From NCBI GenBank assembly GCA_036172245.1, contig JAYWIR010000008.1, forward strand, positions 1,178,001 through 1,242,000: a DNA stretch of 64,000 bases, given 5' to 3'. This DNA comes from Raillietiella orientalis (taxonomy: Eukaryota). Position 1 is the first letter of the stretch; every line of letters starts with the position of its first letter. The translations under genes were made by a program, and so were the position numbers. A model generated the notes under the pieces. The model was not told the origin of the DNA and did no database searches. It saw only the letters and a program-made list of their open reading frames with translations. Positions 26,791-40,379 of the stretch are shown piece after piece.

Positions 26791-29700
26791 ATGGAAGAAA
26801 AGAAGCCAAGTTTCAATTCAAAGCTGCTGAAAATGCTGGAAAGTTCTAATTCATCTCATGTGTACATCGCATTGAAAAAAATAAGATTGCGGTGTTTAGA
26901 TGAGAGGTGCAAAATTCAGCAATTTCTTAATGAGGGAGGCATGAAAGCACTTATTGATAATTTAGATAAACTCAACGAACGTATTATAAATCTGAGTTTG
27001 GATCTCCTTAGGATTTGTGCCACAGATTTTCAATGCAGAAAACAGGTTTGTTCTTAAGAAGAAATTCCGATAATTAGAAAACTTTTGTTATGAGAAATAT
27101 CTATATAGACAAGTAATACGATGATATAGCATATGTTGTAATCATTAGAACCATATGACATGCTTGCTTTCAAAACTGAAAATGTACAACACAGCAACCG
27201 TTAGTTTAATTTAAAGTTTCCTCATTAATCAACAAAAGAATTTATCTATCGCATTTTTCAGATCCGAGAACGATCTGGTCTTGCAAAGCTACTGCAAATT
27301 TTAAACTGCATAGAGTCTCCCACTACGATTAGGTATGTTATCAGAGTAATCTATGTTTTATCGAAGGATAAAAAAATCTGTGCGTATTTTCACACCCATA
27401 ATGTTTCACAGACACTATTGAAAATTCTGCAAGAAACCACTGAAGAGGAACAAAAGCTGCTGATTTTGAAAACATTAAGGTTACGTATCAAAGGATTATT
27501 GATGCACAGTATGAAGTGCAGCTAATTTGCAACTTTGTAGTTAGGCTTGTGCATGCTTTGTAGTTTAAAAAAAGGGACATTCCAACAGTCTAATATTTTT
27601 CTATGCATCAATTTTTGGATGACAGTGTTCTGAAAAAATCACTAGTTTGAAGATAGTAAATTATTTGATGCATTCTGAAATATTAGGATGCATATTTGGA
27701 TGCAATATATAATAAACTATTACACAATACATGTTTGGAAATAGGATTCATTTCAGATAAGCTATAGATCCACAAAAAGTAATCTGTATTGTCCCAGTTA
27801 ATTGATACTGTGTAAAAAACGTATCCATCTAGGTGTCACCATACAAGGGTATCAATCTTCCCGCTTTTATATTTTGGGAACTTCACAAGAATGATGGCAG
27901 AAATGTTTTTTTCCCTATTTAGAAGCTCAGTCTAGATGTGCTATAAGAAAAAAAAAAATAAATTTCTAAATGGGGAAAACAAGATATCATTATCCTAGTT
28001 CTATGGCTTTGTAATGTGTTACGTTTATTTATCAGTTGCTTTAGATTGCAAAAATATCCCATATAGTAACCAAAAAAGAAAGTTTCTTAAAAGCAAGTGA
28101 AATATATCCAACTATTTGATTAGTGTATTCTGGTGTTTCAAGTAAGGAGTATTGTGTATTTCAGGTATTTTGGTAATAGACCCGAACATAGAGCTTCACT
28201 TTTAAGTACTGGAATTTTGGTGCATCTCTGGAATAACTTGGAGCATGGAAGTAATATTATTCAAGAAAATCAGCTTATGTTACTGGCACTTTTACTTCAT
28301 CCCAGCAGTTGTAGTGCCTTAGAGGAGGTTGAAACAGCTTTTTTATAGTCATATTAATGTGGGCTTAATTAGATTAAACCAATTGAAACTGGTTTAAACT
28401 ATTTGAAAAATAAACTAGATGCTTCTGAATTGGATATTCAGAAAAAAGCTATTGCTTGTATCCACAAGCTGAGTCACATGAAAAATATCCGTCCACATTT
28501 GGGAAAAGTGGGTGTGATTCCAATTATTATTGACTGTTTGCAGAAAGTAGGTAATTCATCCATTTTGAAGCTCCTTGTAGAAATACTATGCCTTCTGGGA
28601 TCTGAATCTGTTAATCGTGTAAAAATTAGAGAAAATGGAGGACTTGAATTGTTATGCAGTTTTCTCAAGAGTGGATCAGATGCACAACTTGAAGGAAAAA
28701 TCATATTTTCTTTGACACATTTTCTTTATGATGATGCTAGCATGAGCATCTTATTTCAGCAGGGAGTCATAGTTGTCCTGAGCAAGATTCTTCGTGTCTT
28801 GTCAGATAAATGTCTCTTATTTTATGCTTCACAGCCTGATGGGAATGAGCAAGGTCGTGTACAAGAGCATAAAGATGTGATAGTGATGAGCAATATTAAT
28901 AATGGTAAACCATTACATGAATCAGAACCAGAAAGTACCGATTCTGTTGGAAATAAATTGAATAGAATTTTTGATATTAACAGTCCTAGTTACAAAGCAG
29001 TACGAGATGAAGTTAGTATGTGGGAGACAGCTTATAATGAAGAATTTGCTAATGTTCCTGGTGTGACTTGGAGTCCAGGACAGTCAACTTTGTATTCTCC
29101 TGATCACTTTCTGACACAGTGGAGTAAACTGTCCTCATCTCGTAGTGCTTCTCCTGCTGAAAGTGATAGTCTCTCTATATCCTGTGATAGTGAATCCTCC
29201 TGTTACTCATCCCCTTCATGTGATGTTAATGTATCAGATTCTGAGTGTTTTTCGCCCGTTATGTTTAGTGAAGGAGAGTCTTCCATAGAAACTTCTGTAG
29301 AGAAAATATCTGCAGCTCCTGCTGAAATTATTCGCCCAGAAAAATCTTGGGTTCCTTTGTCCCAAACAGGTATCAAATCAAAGGAAAAATTGCAGTGGAC
29401 CATCAGTTGCATCTTAACTTTTCTATCAAATGCATCTCAGCGGTCACAACCTCCAGCTGATCTTCTTGAAGAAGAAGTATTGATGGATTTATTGTGGTAT
29501 TTGAGGCACATAGAAGGAGCTAATCCTAAAGCAGGTCGTGTATTTGTTCGCTTATGTCGGTAAGCACAACCAGTCCTTACCTTCTAGGATTTTTGTATCA
29601 TATGCTGTTTGCAGAAATTGCTTTTGCCTGAAACAACTATTACTTATGGACTTCATTCCAAAAACACTGAGCCAGTTGCATCAGGCTACAATGGATGATC

Positions 29701-30669
29701 ATGCTTGTAAACAACTGGAATCCTTAGCTGAGATGATACAGCAGACTTTGACCAAAACTGCAGAATACGGCTATGTAGAAGGCAATGTAGAAGGAGTCAT
29801 GATGAGAGGCCCCCATTGTGATAGAGAGAAGTATATTCGTGGATTGAGTTGCATTGTTAGGTTTGTATCTTTGAATTGATGGCAGTGTACTCACAGAATC
29901 CTATTTTAGGGGAAAGCAACTAAAATGGAAATTGTTTCATAAATTTGATGGCCTGTCAATATTGCTCCAGTTGCTAGACCCACAACGTCTTGATTTTGAT
30001 TTATCTGTTTTTGCAATTTGTGAACTGTGCAAGAATGTTGGGATTCAGTTTCGTTGCCCCCCATGTACACTTTCAGAATCTAACGAGACTCACTGTTACT
30101 ATGACTCAACCAATGGATATGATGTTGTTTTTCAGACAGATGATGGTACATTTGTTCAAGCACATCGAGTACGTGTAGCATCAACATATGAAGTGTTTAG
30201 TGCAATGCTTGAAGGCCAATTTGCAGAGTCTACATCACAGATTGTGAAAATTCATGGTATTTCAAATGCGGCATTTCAAGTATTCCTTCATTATGCTTAT
30301 GGCTGCAGAACATGTTTTACAATCGACATGTATAAGCAGCAGTGTCATGTGATGCTGGAACTTTGTTCTTTCAGCCAGTGTTATATGTTACATGATCTTC
30401 AAGAAATGGCATCTCAGTCTGTCTTACAATTGTTTACAACGGCAACTTTAGCTTTGATTTACCAATATAGTGTGGACAATCCTCATACATCTTTGTTTGG
30501 AGAGCCACTTCTAGAATTAGCATTCCATTTCCTTTTAGGACAAAAACTGAAACTCAAGGATCGTGTGCAAGTTTTTAGAACTCTTTTGCTGCCTGCTACC
30601 AGGGATGACTTCTTAAGCAATCTAAGAATTTTTTTAGAAAATGGAATCATGATAACATCTCAACCATAG
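26791..30669 (+). CDS. ARMC5: Armadillo repeat- and BTB-domain protein, ARMC5-like
   Basis: Exons 26791-27045, 27262-27479, 28165-28327, 28373-29559, 29615-29860 and 29910-30669, all in phase. ARM repeats (IRPHLGKVGVIP, ESVNRVKIRENGGLELL, FLYDDASM), a Ser-rich linker (WSPGQS), and a C-terminal BTB domain (DVVFQTDDGTFVQAHR...VFSAMLEGQFAES...FLHYAYGC). Confidence 0.85.
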
Positions 30670-32389
30670 TTGGTATGATTGAAAGCTTCAAAATAGGTGG
30701 AAGCTGTAAAGACTCATCATGTGATTTCAATTAATTCCTTTTTCATAAGAATATGTGCACTGTCTGGAATTATGTGTAAGAAGTGAAAAATTATTGTAAA
30801 CTGATCATTTATTCTTCATAAATTTTAAACAGATTATTTAAATTATTCCTACTGTGTTAGAGATGTGCAGTATAAACAATTTATTTAACGTTTTTTTTGT
30901 GTGTGCATGTGTGTGTGGCTTTGTGGTATAAGGAGTCAAAGTGATTGCTTTCAGTAAATGCAATGAGCTTTCCTTTGATCATGCTAAGAATGTTTAGAAA
31001 GTTGTTGCAATGTTGGAAGTTTGTGTGAGAAAGTCATCAGCTTTAGCTGGTTGCTTAGAAAATGTAAAAGCAACTCAATCTTTAAAAGATGAGTACATGC
31101 TGACAACTCTTGTCACATTGCACTGTGATTATGCTAATATTGTAATTAAAAAAGTACAAAAACTGGGAACGTGCAAGTTTTTATTCCGATATATACCAGG
31201 AAGACGCCATCTGAATCCTGGAATCCAACAACTCCATAATGTTATTCAGGATTTCAATTCTGGTTTAGTTTGATAAAACTAACCATTTGTCGCTAATGTA
31301 CATAGCATGATCGAAATTGTATACTGCATCAAAAAGGGGAGTGCTTGCATGGCAGCCTTAAATGATGAATGATACGTATGGTTTATGGTTTCAGTTTTCA
31401 ACCCAAAAGTTAGTGAACAACACCTTCTGGTGCATCGAAAATGAAAGCTGATGCAGAATTGTATGTATCCACAGTGAGGGCAATCATCACAAAGCACTCA
31501 AAACCAAGACATTGCAAATGGAAAAAACGTGACAGTTCAAGGGAGGTGGGAGAGATAGGATCGTGGAGTAAGAGCGCCGGTGATAGTTATAGAGCAGGTG
31601 CAAGTTATGGGCCAGTGTTGTATAAGTCATTGAGGGTTACTGTTTGTTACCCGTCGCAACTGTGTTTTCTGTGATCGCCAAGCATCACTCTACAAATGCT
31701 ACTTGGGAGAGAAGAATCCGTCATAGACAGTGCGTCTATGACCTTGCGGCACAGCACATTGCTCTTCACCAGCGTTCGAGTGTTTCGTATTCACTTTGCT
31801 AGCTATTCACTTTACTTGATACCCGAAGGATTGTAGGCGATTGGTTCTTCAGTAACTATGATTTTTTGTGCACGTGGTACCCCTGAATCCATGAAACGGT
31901 CCTCTCGAGCTCAGCATTAAAGCTCCTTTGGTTGGAGTTCGAGAGGAGGAGGAGGGTGGGGAGGGAAGTATTCTCGGCTATGTTCTGAGCCACTATTGTG
32001 GCTGTTTTGGAGGTAGGGCGCTTATCGTTAAACAGTTTTGGGAAAGGTGTGACTTGAGAATGGTTTTCAACCTTAATATTGAGGAAATAGCACGATATTG
32101 ATGAGATTATTCAATTTTGCATGCTGGCGTACAGTTAAACTTTTACTGCAGCGTGCAGCGCAGTGCGCGAGCTGACTTCGCAGATTTGGACCATTTTGAA
32201 ACTTACGCATCTCAAATTCGCCGAACCTTGAGGTGCAGCTGGCAATTCTTGTCATCTTCCGAATTTTTCTCTTATTCTTGTTAAGTTCACAGGCAAAATG
32301 TCGAGAGCTTGGAGGCATTCTTTTGTGCTTTGCTTCAACACTCAGCGAAACAAGCGCATTCTCTTCATTGGAAGAAGAAGGAAAAAAAA

Positions 32390-34015
32390 ATGGCCTTCAG
32401 CGATTACTTTGTAAGGAACGACGACGAAGATTTGAATTTTGCGGGAGCGCGCGTGCTCTCCGGCGCTCGGCTACGCCGCCCGGGGGAAACGCCCTCCCAC
32501 CCCGCCCTGCGCTCCCAGGGATCGGCTGCTCTCTCGCCGTCTCCCGCGCGCATCCTGCTCCTCCGGCTTCTCCCCGAAGTCTCCAAGGGACCTTGTCGTG
32601 CCCTCCGTCCTGAGCGGGTGGTTGTGGAGGAGGCACACCGGGGTCAGCTCGCGGCACCTTCCTTTGGCAGGTTGCCGCTAGGCGCACGGGCGGCTCCATG
32701 AGCGGCCGGGCCGACCTCCGAGCATCCATATGGAGGACGCTCACCCGTGCGGCCCTCTCTTTGTCACCATGCTTCACCCTTCGGAACAATAGGAGGGTCC
32801 TCCAGGAGTAGAGGGGGAGGAAGCGGACCTGCTGACCTCAGGTCTGCCTGCTCCGTCCTGCGCCGGGACGACTTTCTGACTGTCGCCCAGCCACCCGGCA
32901 CGCAGGCCTTCGACTCCGCCAGCAATCTGCTCGCGGGCAGAAATGCCTCCGGGGCCTGCGCCGACCTAGTGGAATACGTGACCTCGCTACGGGTGAAGTC
33001 AGGAAATGTGGATGTTTCTCACATCCTGAGTGTGCGTGCGTATCCGTTTGCAACAGGAGTGCCGGCGCGAAAACTCCCGACGCCGCCCATCCCACTTTCA
33101 CTTCCCGGTGCCGCGGAAAGAAGGCAGCGGTCATTCGGTGTCCACGCTGCCGGCAGGCGGAGCTCTTCGACGCGCCTCCGTCCCTCAGGAGGGAGGTCAC
33201 GCACGCTGAGGCGGAAGCGTTCCGGAGCTCGCCGGGGGTTGCCACCCGGTCACGCCGGGGCGTTTATTTCTAAACTCTGTCTCCAACGTGGTACAAGGAC
33301 AATCAAGCATTGGACCTGCCGGGTCGCCGGTACGCAGACCGACGGGACTCACCTCGACAGCATAAGGGGATGCGAAAAAACAAAAAGAAAAATAAAACAA
33401 AAATACATAAAAAAAAGACTTTGGAGGGAAGGGAGGGGATCACTGCCCGCTGGAGGCGGGGTCCATCCTTCACAGGATCCTGGTCAGCTCGCCGGGGGTG
33501 GTCCTGATGCGCATTGCGCCGACGCCATCGTTCCGACTTCCCTCCGGTCGTCATGGCAAACCTGTTTCGAAGGTAGCGGCTAAGCCGGAACTCTCCGTCC
33601 AGGTATTCCCTCCCTCCCGGCGAAAGCGCATCCCGGCGAATCCCGAAGGTGCGCTCGAGAGGGGGAACCCTCGCGAAACCGTCACCCCGGAGTGATGGCG
33701 GGAGTTGCGGAGTCGCCGCTGGCACAGACGGTGCGGGCGTGTCCCTGGAGACCCGCGGAGAGGTTCGTCTCGCCGTCTGGAGCGCCCGGCCGGGTCGCTG
33801 CTGCCACTTATCGTTCGAGTGGAGCCCGCCCGTTCCCTTTCGCAGAGGTCGGCCAGGGGTCGAGGTCGCCCCTGGATGCGCGCATTCTCCGCGCATCCAG
33901 CGGCCGCGTGCCATGTTATCTTATCGTTCGGGTAACGTGGAGGACGCCACCGGGAAGGACGCCGCGCAGATTTCCTGGACCGCGGAGGACGGCGGCGGCG
34001 GCGTCCCCCTCTTGA
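32390..34015 (+). CDS. Putative orphan 5-exon gene, 200 aa, unknown function
   Basis: Exons 32390-32410 (MAFSDYF|gtaagg), 32671-32746, 32793-33031, 33476-33572 and 33846-34015. All junctions are GT-AG and phase-compatible (603 nt total), with one 46-nt intron typical of this genome. No recognisable domain. Confidence 0.35.
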
Positions 34016-35568
34016 GGAGGCGCTCTGTCTGAGGTTCCGGCTGCGGCCTTGCTGTTTTCCAACTACGGTCCCTCCTCCTCTTGGCGTGCGCCTCCGGGAC
34101 GCCGGCGTTCGCCTTCTCCTGGGCCTCGATGGGCGCGGGGTTCGGCAGCTTTCGCGAGCGCCAGGACACCAGGAAGCTCTGCATCGCTCAGGGACTGCGT
34201 CGCTCTCTTTGAAGTCTCGGGGACTCCTGGATCTCTCCCTCCTTCCCTTGGGAGGTCCCCTTAGTTCGAGGAACCGAGGGCCAGGCGTGGGATGAACGAA
34301 GAGAGCGTACAGTGAGGTTGGCGCTGCAGCGCTCTGAGGGGCGCAGGAGGGTGGATACAGGGGCAGCTGGGAGAGCGGAGGGCATGGGAACGGAGCGCTC
34401 TGCGGGAGGTCCGAAGGCATTCATTCCCTCCTCCCTCCCTGAGGGAGTGAAGAGCGGCAGGGACTTCCCCTGCAGGGATGCGCCTAGGAAGCGAAGCAGC
34501 ACCCCTGCCCACGGGGGAGGTTCCAGGGCATCGCTGGAAGGCGAGGACCGAGGGTGTCCCTCCCTCCACTGCAGCGAGGAGGCTCCGGGAGCCCGGAGGG
34601 CGCGCCTCTAAAGGAGCTGCTTCAAGAGCTCGGGGGATTTTCTGGTCGCGCCCCTTCTTAGAAAACTCCGTATGAGGTCGGCACGACTCTCCCTGGCGCG
34701 TGCTCGGTGGGAGAACCTCAAAATGATCCCCTCATCTTGCCCCTCCGCCGACGCCGGTCACCTGAGCACTGACGGGAGGATCAGCCTGAAGGATTCCCCC
34801 TCCTCCCTCCCGGAGTCAGGGAGACGCGCCTGTCGGTTCCCCGTAGAGCCTCCTCCTCCTCCCGGCCTGCCTTCGGAACGTTCGGGGCGCCCTGGAGGCG
34901 GCCGCCCACGCCCTACATCCGTGCGTCCTTTCTCCGGGAGTTCCGGGAGTGCGCGCGTTCCGCATCGCCCCCCGCTGCCGGGACCATGCGGGCGGTCGTC
35001 TTGCCCCCGGGACGGAGTCACCCGGTTCGCGATGCGTCCGGGACGGGACTCTCTCGAGGTGCCCTGGGATGGAGGCGGCGCCGAGCACGGAGCTCCGACG
35101 CTACGCCCGCTCCTTCCCGTGCGCATCTCCCTTCTGAGCCTCTCGAGATCTTCGAGTGCCGCCGGGAATCCCTCTGAGAAGGCCACTGGGCCTCTCGGAT
35201 TCCCTCTCGAAAGGCCTCCCTTTCCCGCGCCCATCCCGACATCTTCGCTGTAGGGCCGCGTGTTCCCAGGGAGGCGACCAGCTAGAAATTCCGGGTAGAG
35301 CGCCCTCCCACTCGCCCGTTATCTCTCCTGGAGCGAAGGAGGGAGCGGGAGGCCCGAGGCGGGATGACTCATCCTCCTGTCCTCCGGACTTATCGCCGGG
35401 ATCAAAAATGGCCGGGAAGAGGTGGGAGCGCTCCACTCGTTGATCCTCGAGGAGTGCCCGGACCAGAGTCCTCCTCCCGTCCTCCTCCGAGACCGGGAAC
35501 GCTTCGAGGCCTCTTCCAGAGGAAAGCGGATAATCCTGGCGCCTCGCGCTTTTCTCCTCCTGCTAGCC

Positions 35569-38452
35569 ATGGCGCCCTCCGCCGTGCTGCCGCTGCTGCT
35601 GCTGGAGGTCGTCCAGGGATCGATCGCCGCAAGACATCCCGAAGTGCGGTAAGCCATGGTGCGGTAAGGCGAGCCCCACGCCCACCGCTCCGATCCCTGG
35701 ACAGCTCGCGCAAAGGGCGACCCGCTCTTCCTTGGGGATGGGCTGCCCCGGCGGCTTACCGATCCCTGTTCAGGAAGAGTCCCTTCCTCCTCCCTTCACC
35801 CCTCGCGGCTTCCACCCCCCATCCCTTCGTCTAGCGATGGGCCGGTGACCAGCGACCTGCCCCTTGCGACTCCGTGACTCCCCCCTCCCACCGGCGATCC
35901 CCAACCCGCCTCCTTCTCTACCTTCTCCTGGAGCGCTTGCCCTTACGCAGGTCCTCCTTCCTGAGGTAATCCCGAATGCCCTTGGGAGCACCGGGGACGG
36001 GGCCCTCCTTTTTCCGGGCTACATGGACGCCCTCTTTCCGGGGTCGAGAAGGCTCCGTGAGAGGGCGGCTAGCGGGGACGAGCGGGGCCTCCGAGGAACC
36101 GGCGGAAGGCACCCGCATGCCCCGCTGCTAGGTGACTTCCTCCAGGGGTGAGTTGGGCCGTTTCTCCTTCCTCACGATGCCCGAGAGCAGCTGGCCCTCC
36201 CGTCTCTCCTTAGCTTGCGCCCAAGGGTTTCGAGCGGTGAGGCGGCCAAGAGCGGGTCGGCCTGGGGTCCAAACCCGTGGAGGCAGGTCTCTGAAGGAAC
36301 CATGGCCCACGGGAGGGGGCGCACGTGATCGCGCGGGTCGTCCCTTCCAGGATACCCCTGCGGCTGGAATCTGCCCCCGTGGAGAGTGCCGAGCAGTTGG
36401 ACGACCTCCGCAAGGACACCAGTGCCAAGTGGGAGAACAGCATGCGGCTCTTCGGCTCGGAGAAGATCAACGACATGTACCGCGTTCCCCTGATGGAGAA
36501 GGCCGGGGTGAGCGACTTCCCGGGGCCGGCAGGGGTGGTTGAGGAGGAGGAGGAGGAGGAAGAGCGCAGCTGGCGCCAGCATCGCTCCCTCCTTTTCCTG
36601 CTCTGGAGCCCTGGCTTTCCCGAGGGGATTTCCTCCTCCTTCGTCCTTTTCCAGGTGCAGATCATCACCGGCCCCTTCCAGGCGGGTACCCCCCCGCAGA
36701 ACTTCACGGTGCGGTTCGACACAGGGGCGCAGTCCACGGCGCTGCTGTCCTCCAAATGCTCTAAGAATGTCTGCCGTGAGTGCGGGACCGGCCCGGGGAG
36801 GGAGCCAGCAGAGGGGGCAGCGGAGGTCACTTCCAGTGACCAGGTTCGGCTACGACCATTCCATCTCGTCCACGTTCCAGTCAGGAAAGAAGACCTTCCG
36901 GCTGTCCTTTTCCAATCTGGTAGTGTCGGCCCTGCTCGCCACGGACGCGGTCAACGTGAGTGCCGGCGCCCGCGCGGAGGAAAGGGCCGCAGGAGGAGGG
37001 GAGGGAAGGGATTGCTTTCCGTCCCTCCCTCCCGCCTCTCCCAGAACGCCCCGCACCTCCTCTTCCCGAAAAGAGTCCGAGAAGAGTCCTTTCCTCCCTC
37101 CGTGGCCGGTTCCGACGTCCGACAGACGGACAACGGATGGGAAAAGCACGGGGCATTTCCCTCGGCAACCGGAGCGCGCGCTCGCTGCTTCCCGCATGGG
37201 GTTGACCCCCCTCCAGGTGGCACACACCGTCCTGGAGAACTTCACGTTTGGGGAGATCATGCAGGTGAAGGGTCTGAAGCCCGTCTACTGCTTCGACGGG
37301 CTCGTGGGGCTGGGCAACTTCCCCCCCTCCCGAGTGAAGAATCAGCAGTTCTCCATCTTCTTCTCGAGGTTCGTCGCCAAGACGAGGATAGCGCCACTCT
37401 TCGGAATCTACCTTAACAGGTAGCGGCCCTCGACCCCTGCCCCAGGTTCCTATACCCCCGCGCACGCTCATCTGAACTTTTCAGGGATCCCAGGAAACCA
37501 GGAGAGCTTCTCCTGGGAGGGTACCACAAGGACAGAATAGAGGGCACCCTCACCAAGGTCAGGACCCTTCAAAGGGTGCTGTGGAGGATCCCCGTGGACA
37601 GGTGAGTACACCGCCGGGATCGGAAGGGGGAGGAGGCACACGCCACGTTCCATCCTCCCCTTCCCCCCCTCCTACCGCCTCTGAGAGCGAACCCCGCCTT
37701 TTCCCTCTTTTCCGTGCCAGCATCACCGTCGGGTCCAGGAGACCTGGGAGACATAGCCACGACCTCTGCGCGCAGGAGCGCTGCTCTGCGGTCTTCGACA
37801 TGGAGACGTCCCTCATCCTGGGGCCAGCTGCTCAGGTCACCAATCTGAACCGTCGCCTGGGGTCGCGTCGCCTCGTCAACGGAATCTTCACGGTAATTCC
37901 TCGGGAGAGGAGCGGTGGCGCAACTTCCTTCTTCCTCTTCCCTTACTCCTCCTTTCCTTCTCCTCTTTCTCTTCCTCCTCCTCCCTTCCTCCCCCTTCTC
38001 CTCCCTTTCCCTCCCCGGCCACTTCCCGCGGGGCTGCCCCTCCCCCTCCTTCGCTGACGCCTCTCCTCCGCTCCCACCATTCACGGAAGGCCAGCCATGC
38101 TCCCCTTGCCCCCCCTTTCCGGCTGTTCCAGTTCGACTGCCGCAAGGCCACCAGTCTGCCCCCGGTGACCTTCACGATCGGCAGCCGCCCCTTCCAGCTG
38201 TGGTTCAACGACTATGTGATTTTCGTAAGGCCGTCCCCCCCCCTTCCTCCCTCGCCACTCCCTCCCCACCTTCCCTCGCAGAAGCAGATCGGGTCAGTCA
38301 ACCTCTGCCTGAGCGGCTTCGGCGTCCTCGACAGCTTCAACGGCAGCGGGATGTGGATCCTGGGGACGCAGTTCACCAAGAAGTACTACAGCGTCTACGA
38401 TACGCTGGAGGGGTCGGTCAGCCTGGGACTGGCCAGGCACAGCATCTTCTGA
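35569..38452 (+). CDS. Secreted pepsin/cathepsin D-family (A1) aspartic protease homolog with degenerate active-site motifs
   Basis: Nine exons: 35569-35648, 36351-36507, 36655-36775, 36837-36955, 37217-37419, 37485-37601, 37721-37892, 38132-38224 and 38282-38452. Signal peptide MAPSAVLPLLLLEVVQG, then RIPL, GTPPQNFTVRFDTG, FDGLVGLG, GELLLGG, CSAVFDMETSLILGP, CLSGF and WILGTQFTKKYYSVYD. Confidence 0.88.
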
Positions 38453-40379
38453 GGGGAGACTCCTGGGAGGTGCCCGAAGAAAGAGAGGGACCCTCCCCTC
38501 GACGTTTCTGGAGACCTATAGATTTCCAGGGAGAGGAGGATTTTAGGGAGAGGGTGGGGTAGGCTGAGGGAGCGAAAGAGCTTCCTGCCTCGCAAGGGAG
38601 GGCTGGAAAGCCACTCCGTGATCGCGGAGACGCCAGGAGCAGGCGATCCCCTCCTGTGAGGGGTCGCCTCTTTTTCGGAAAGGGTCATTCCCTCTGGAAA
38701 AAGGAAGATAGGGAATGGGGGACACCGAGGACGCCGCCTGTTGAGAAGCGAACGGCCAGGGGCCAGTCGGAGGGGCACGAGTGCCCCTCTCCCCATCACG
38801 GGGACAGCGGAGGAGTAGTCGTTCATCCACCCCTTCCAGGAGTCGCACCCTTTCCTTTCTCCCCTTCGGGCACCTTGTCCCGAGGATAGGAAGCTGCGAG
38901 GCCACTCGCCTCCGCCTGCTGGATCCTTCCACGCGATCTCTCGCGGCCTCTCCGGACGAGCTGCCGCCAGGTCCGCTCGAAGGGAGATTGGTCTTTCTCC
39001 CCCGAGGCAGGGGGAAGAGGAAAGTGCTCTATCCCCTTTTCCCGAGAGCGGGACGCTCTCTCGGATCTTCTTTCCCAGCTCCGAGTCAGCTGGAGGCAAG
39101 TCGCCACGCAAAGGTCGGGACAGAGTCCCGGAGGAGCGGCCAACGGCGCTCCAGGGAGAAGGTGGCGTGCTGCTGCCTGCTGGAAGTGGAGGAACCCCAG
39201 GGAGGTGTCTTGTGTCCTCCCTTGCGATGGCCACTTCCTCCCCCCCTCCATCCCAGAGGGCCAGTGGAGGACAGCGATACCTCACGCCCGACGCTCCACT
39301 GCTCCACCCCCCCCATTCTCCTGGTTTGCTCTTCGTCGTGACTCGTTGTGGGAGGGTATTCGCTGCCCCTTCACCCTGCTTCCCGGATTCGGGTGATGGC
39401 CTCCCCTCCTTCCTCACGAGGATGTGAAGGGACGACGTTCCTTTGCGGGGACGCCCTCGCCTCGCGCGGAAGGAGTTTCTATGGAAACTCCCGCGTGATC
39501 CGTTCCCCTGCGTGGTGGTCCCGGCTGCGCCTACCGCCGCGCCCGTCGCTCCGCGGGAGGGACGCTCCCCTTTCCTCCTTGCGCACCCCTTCCGTGCTCA
39601 CGCTGCTCCCCATCCCCTGCAGAGGAAAAGGACGCTGCTGGCAGTAGCGGCGGAAATGACGGCTCCAACGCGGCGACCAGGAGGAAGAGGAACGGTCGTG
39701 TCCCGGGTCCTGGGCCTCGTACAGGACGTGACGTTCGCCGGAGACCGCCGCCCGGGCGTGCCGGCATGCCCAGGAGTCTCGACGAGGAGGACGCCCCGCC
39801 GTCCTCGATGCGCGGCGCCACCGTCGTCCGCCAGCGCTCACGCAGGAAGGGCTTGCAGCTTCCCCGGAGGGAGGGACGGCGGAAGCAACCGGGAGCTTGC
39901 AGGTTGTGGGGGAGGTGGAGGCGTCGGACGTCCTTGGGAGTTCCGTCGCCGAATCCGAGGCTCCTACCCGACTGCCCGATCACGGGGCAGTCGCGGAGGT
40001 GGGGGCGGTGCGGTCAAGAGAGAAGCCGTGCAATGGGCGACGCCGGTGCTCGAGTCCCGGAGGCAGGGCCGTTCCTGGGGCAGTAGCGCCATCATCGGCG
40101 AACGAAGAGCGAGACTTTCCACACTCCAACCTGGACAACGCCACTCCCATCTCGTGCACTACTCTGCCAGCGTCTCCGAGGTCGGCGCTACGCCAAAGTC
40201 CGAGGGAAGCGCACGCGGTGGCGGGACTGCGGAGCGGCCGGAAGCCTCTCGAACGCTCAAGCAGTCCTGGACTTCCCGGAGGATTGAGCATGTCTGTCCG
40301 TTCCGTCCCAGTGGGATGATCAAGGATCCACTCCCGATAGGAGGATGCCCTGGGCTTCCTCCTCCTCCTCCTCCTTTCC

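Noticed and set aside
34050..35450. Several overlapping 100-290 aa ORFs between the orphan gene and the protease
   Set aside because: Pro/Arg/Gly-rich translations typical of stop-poor GC-rich DNA; no consistent exon chain could be built.
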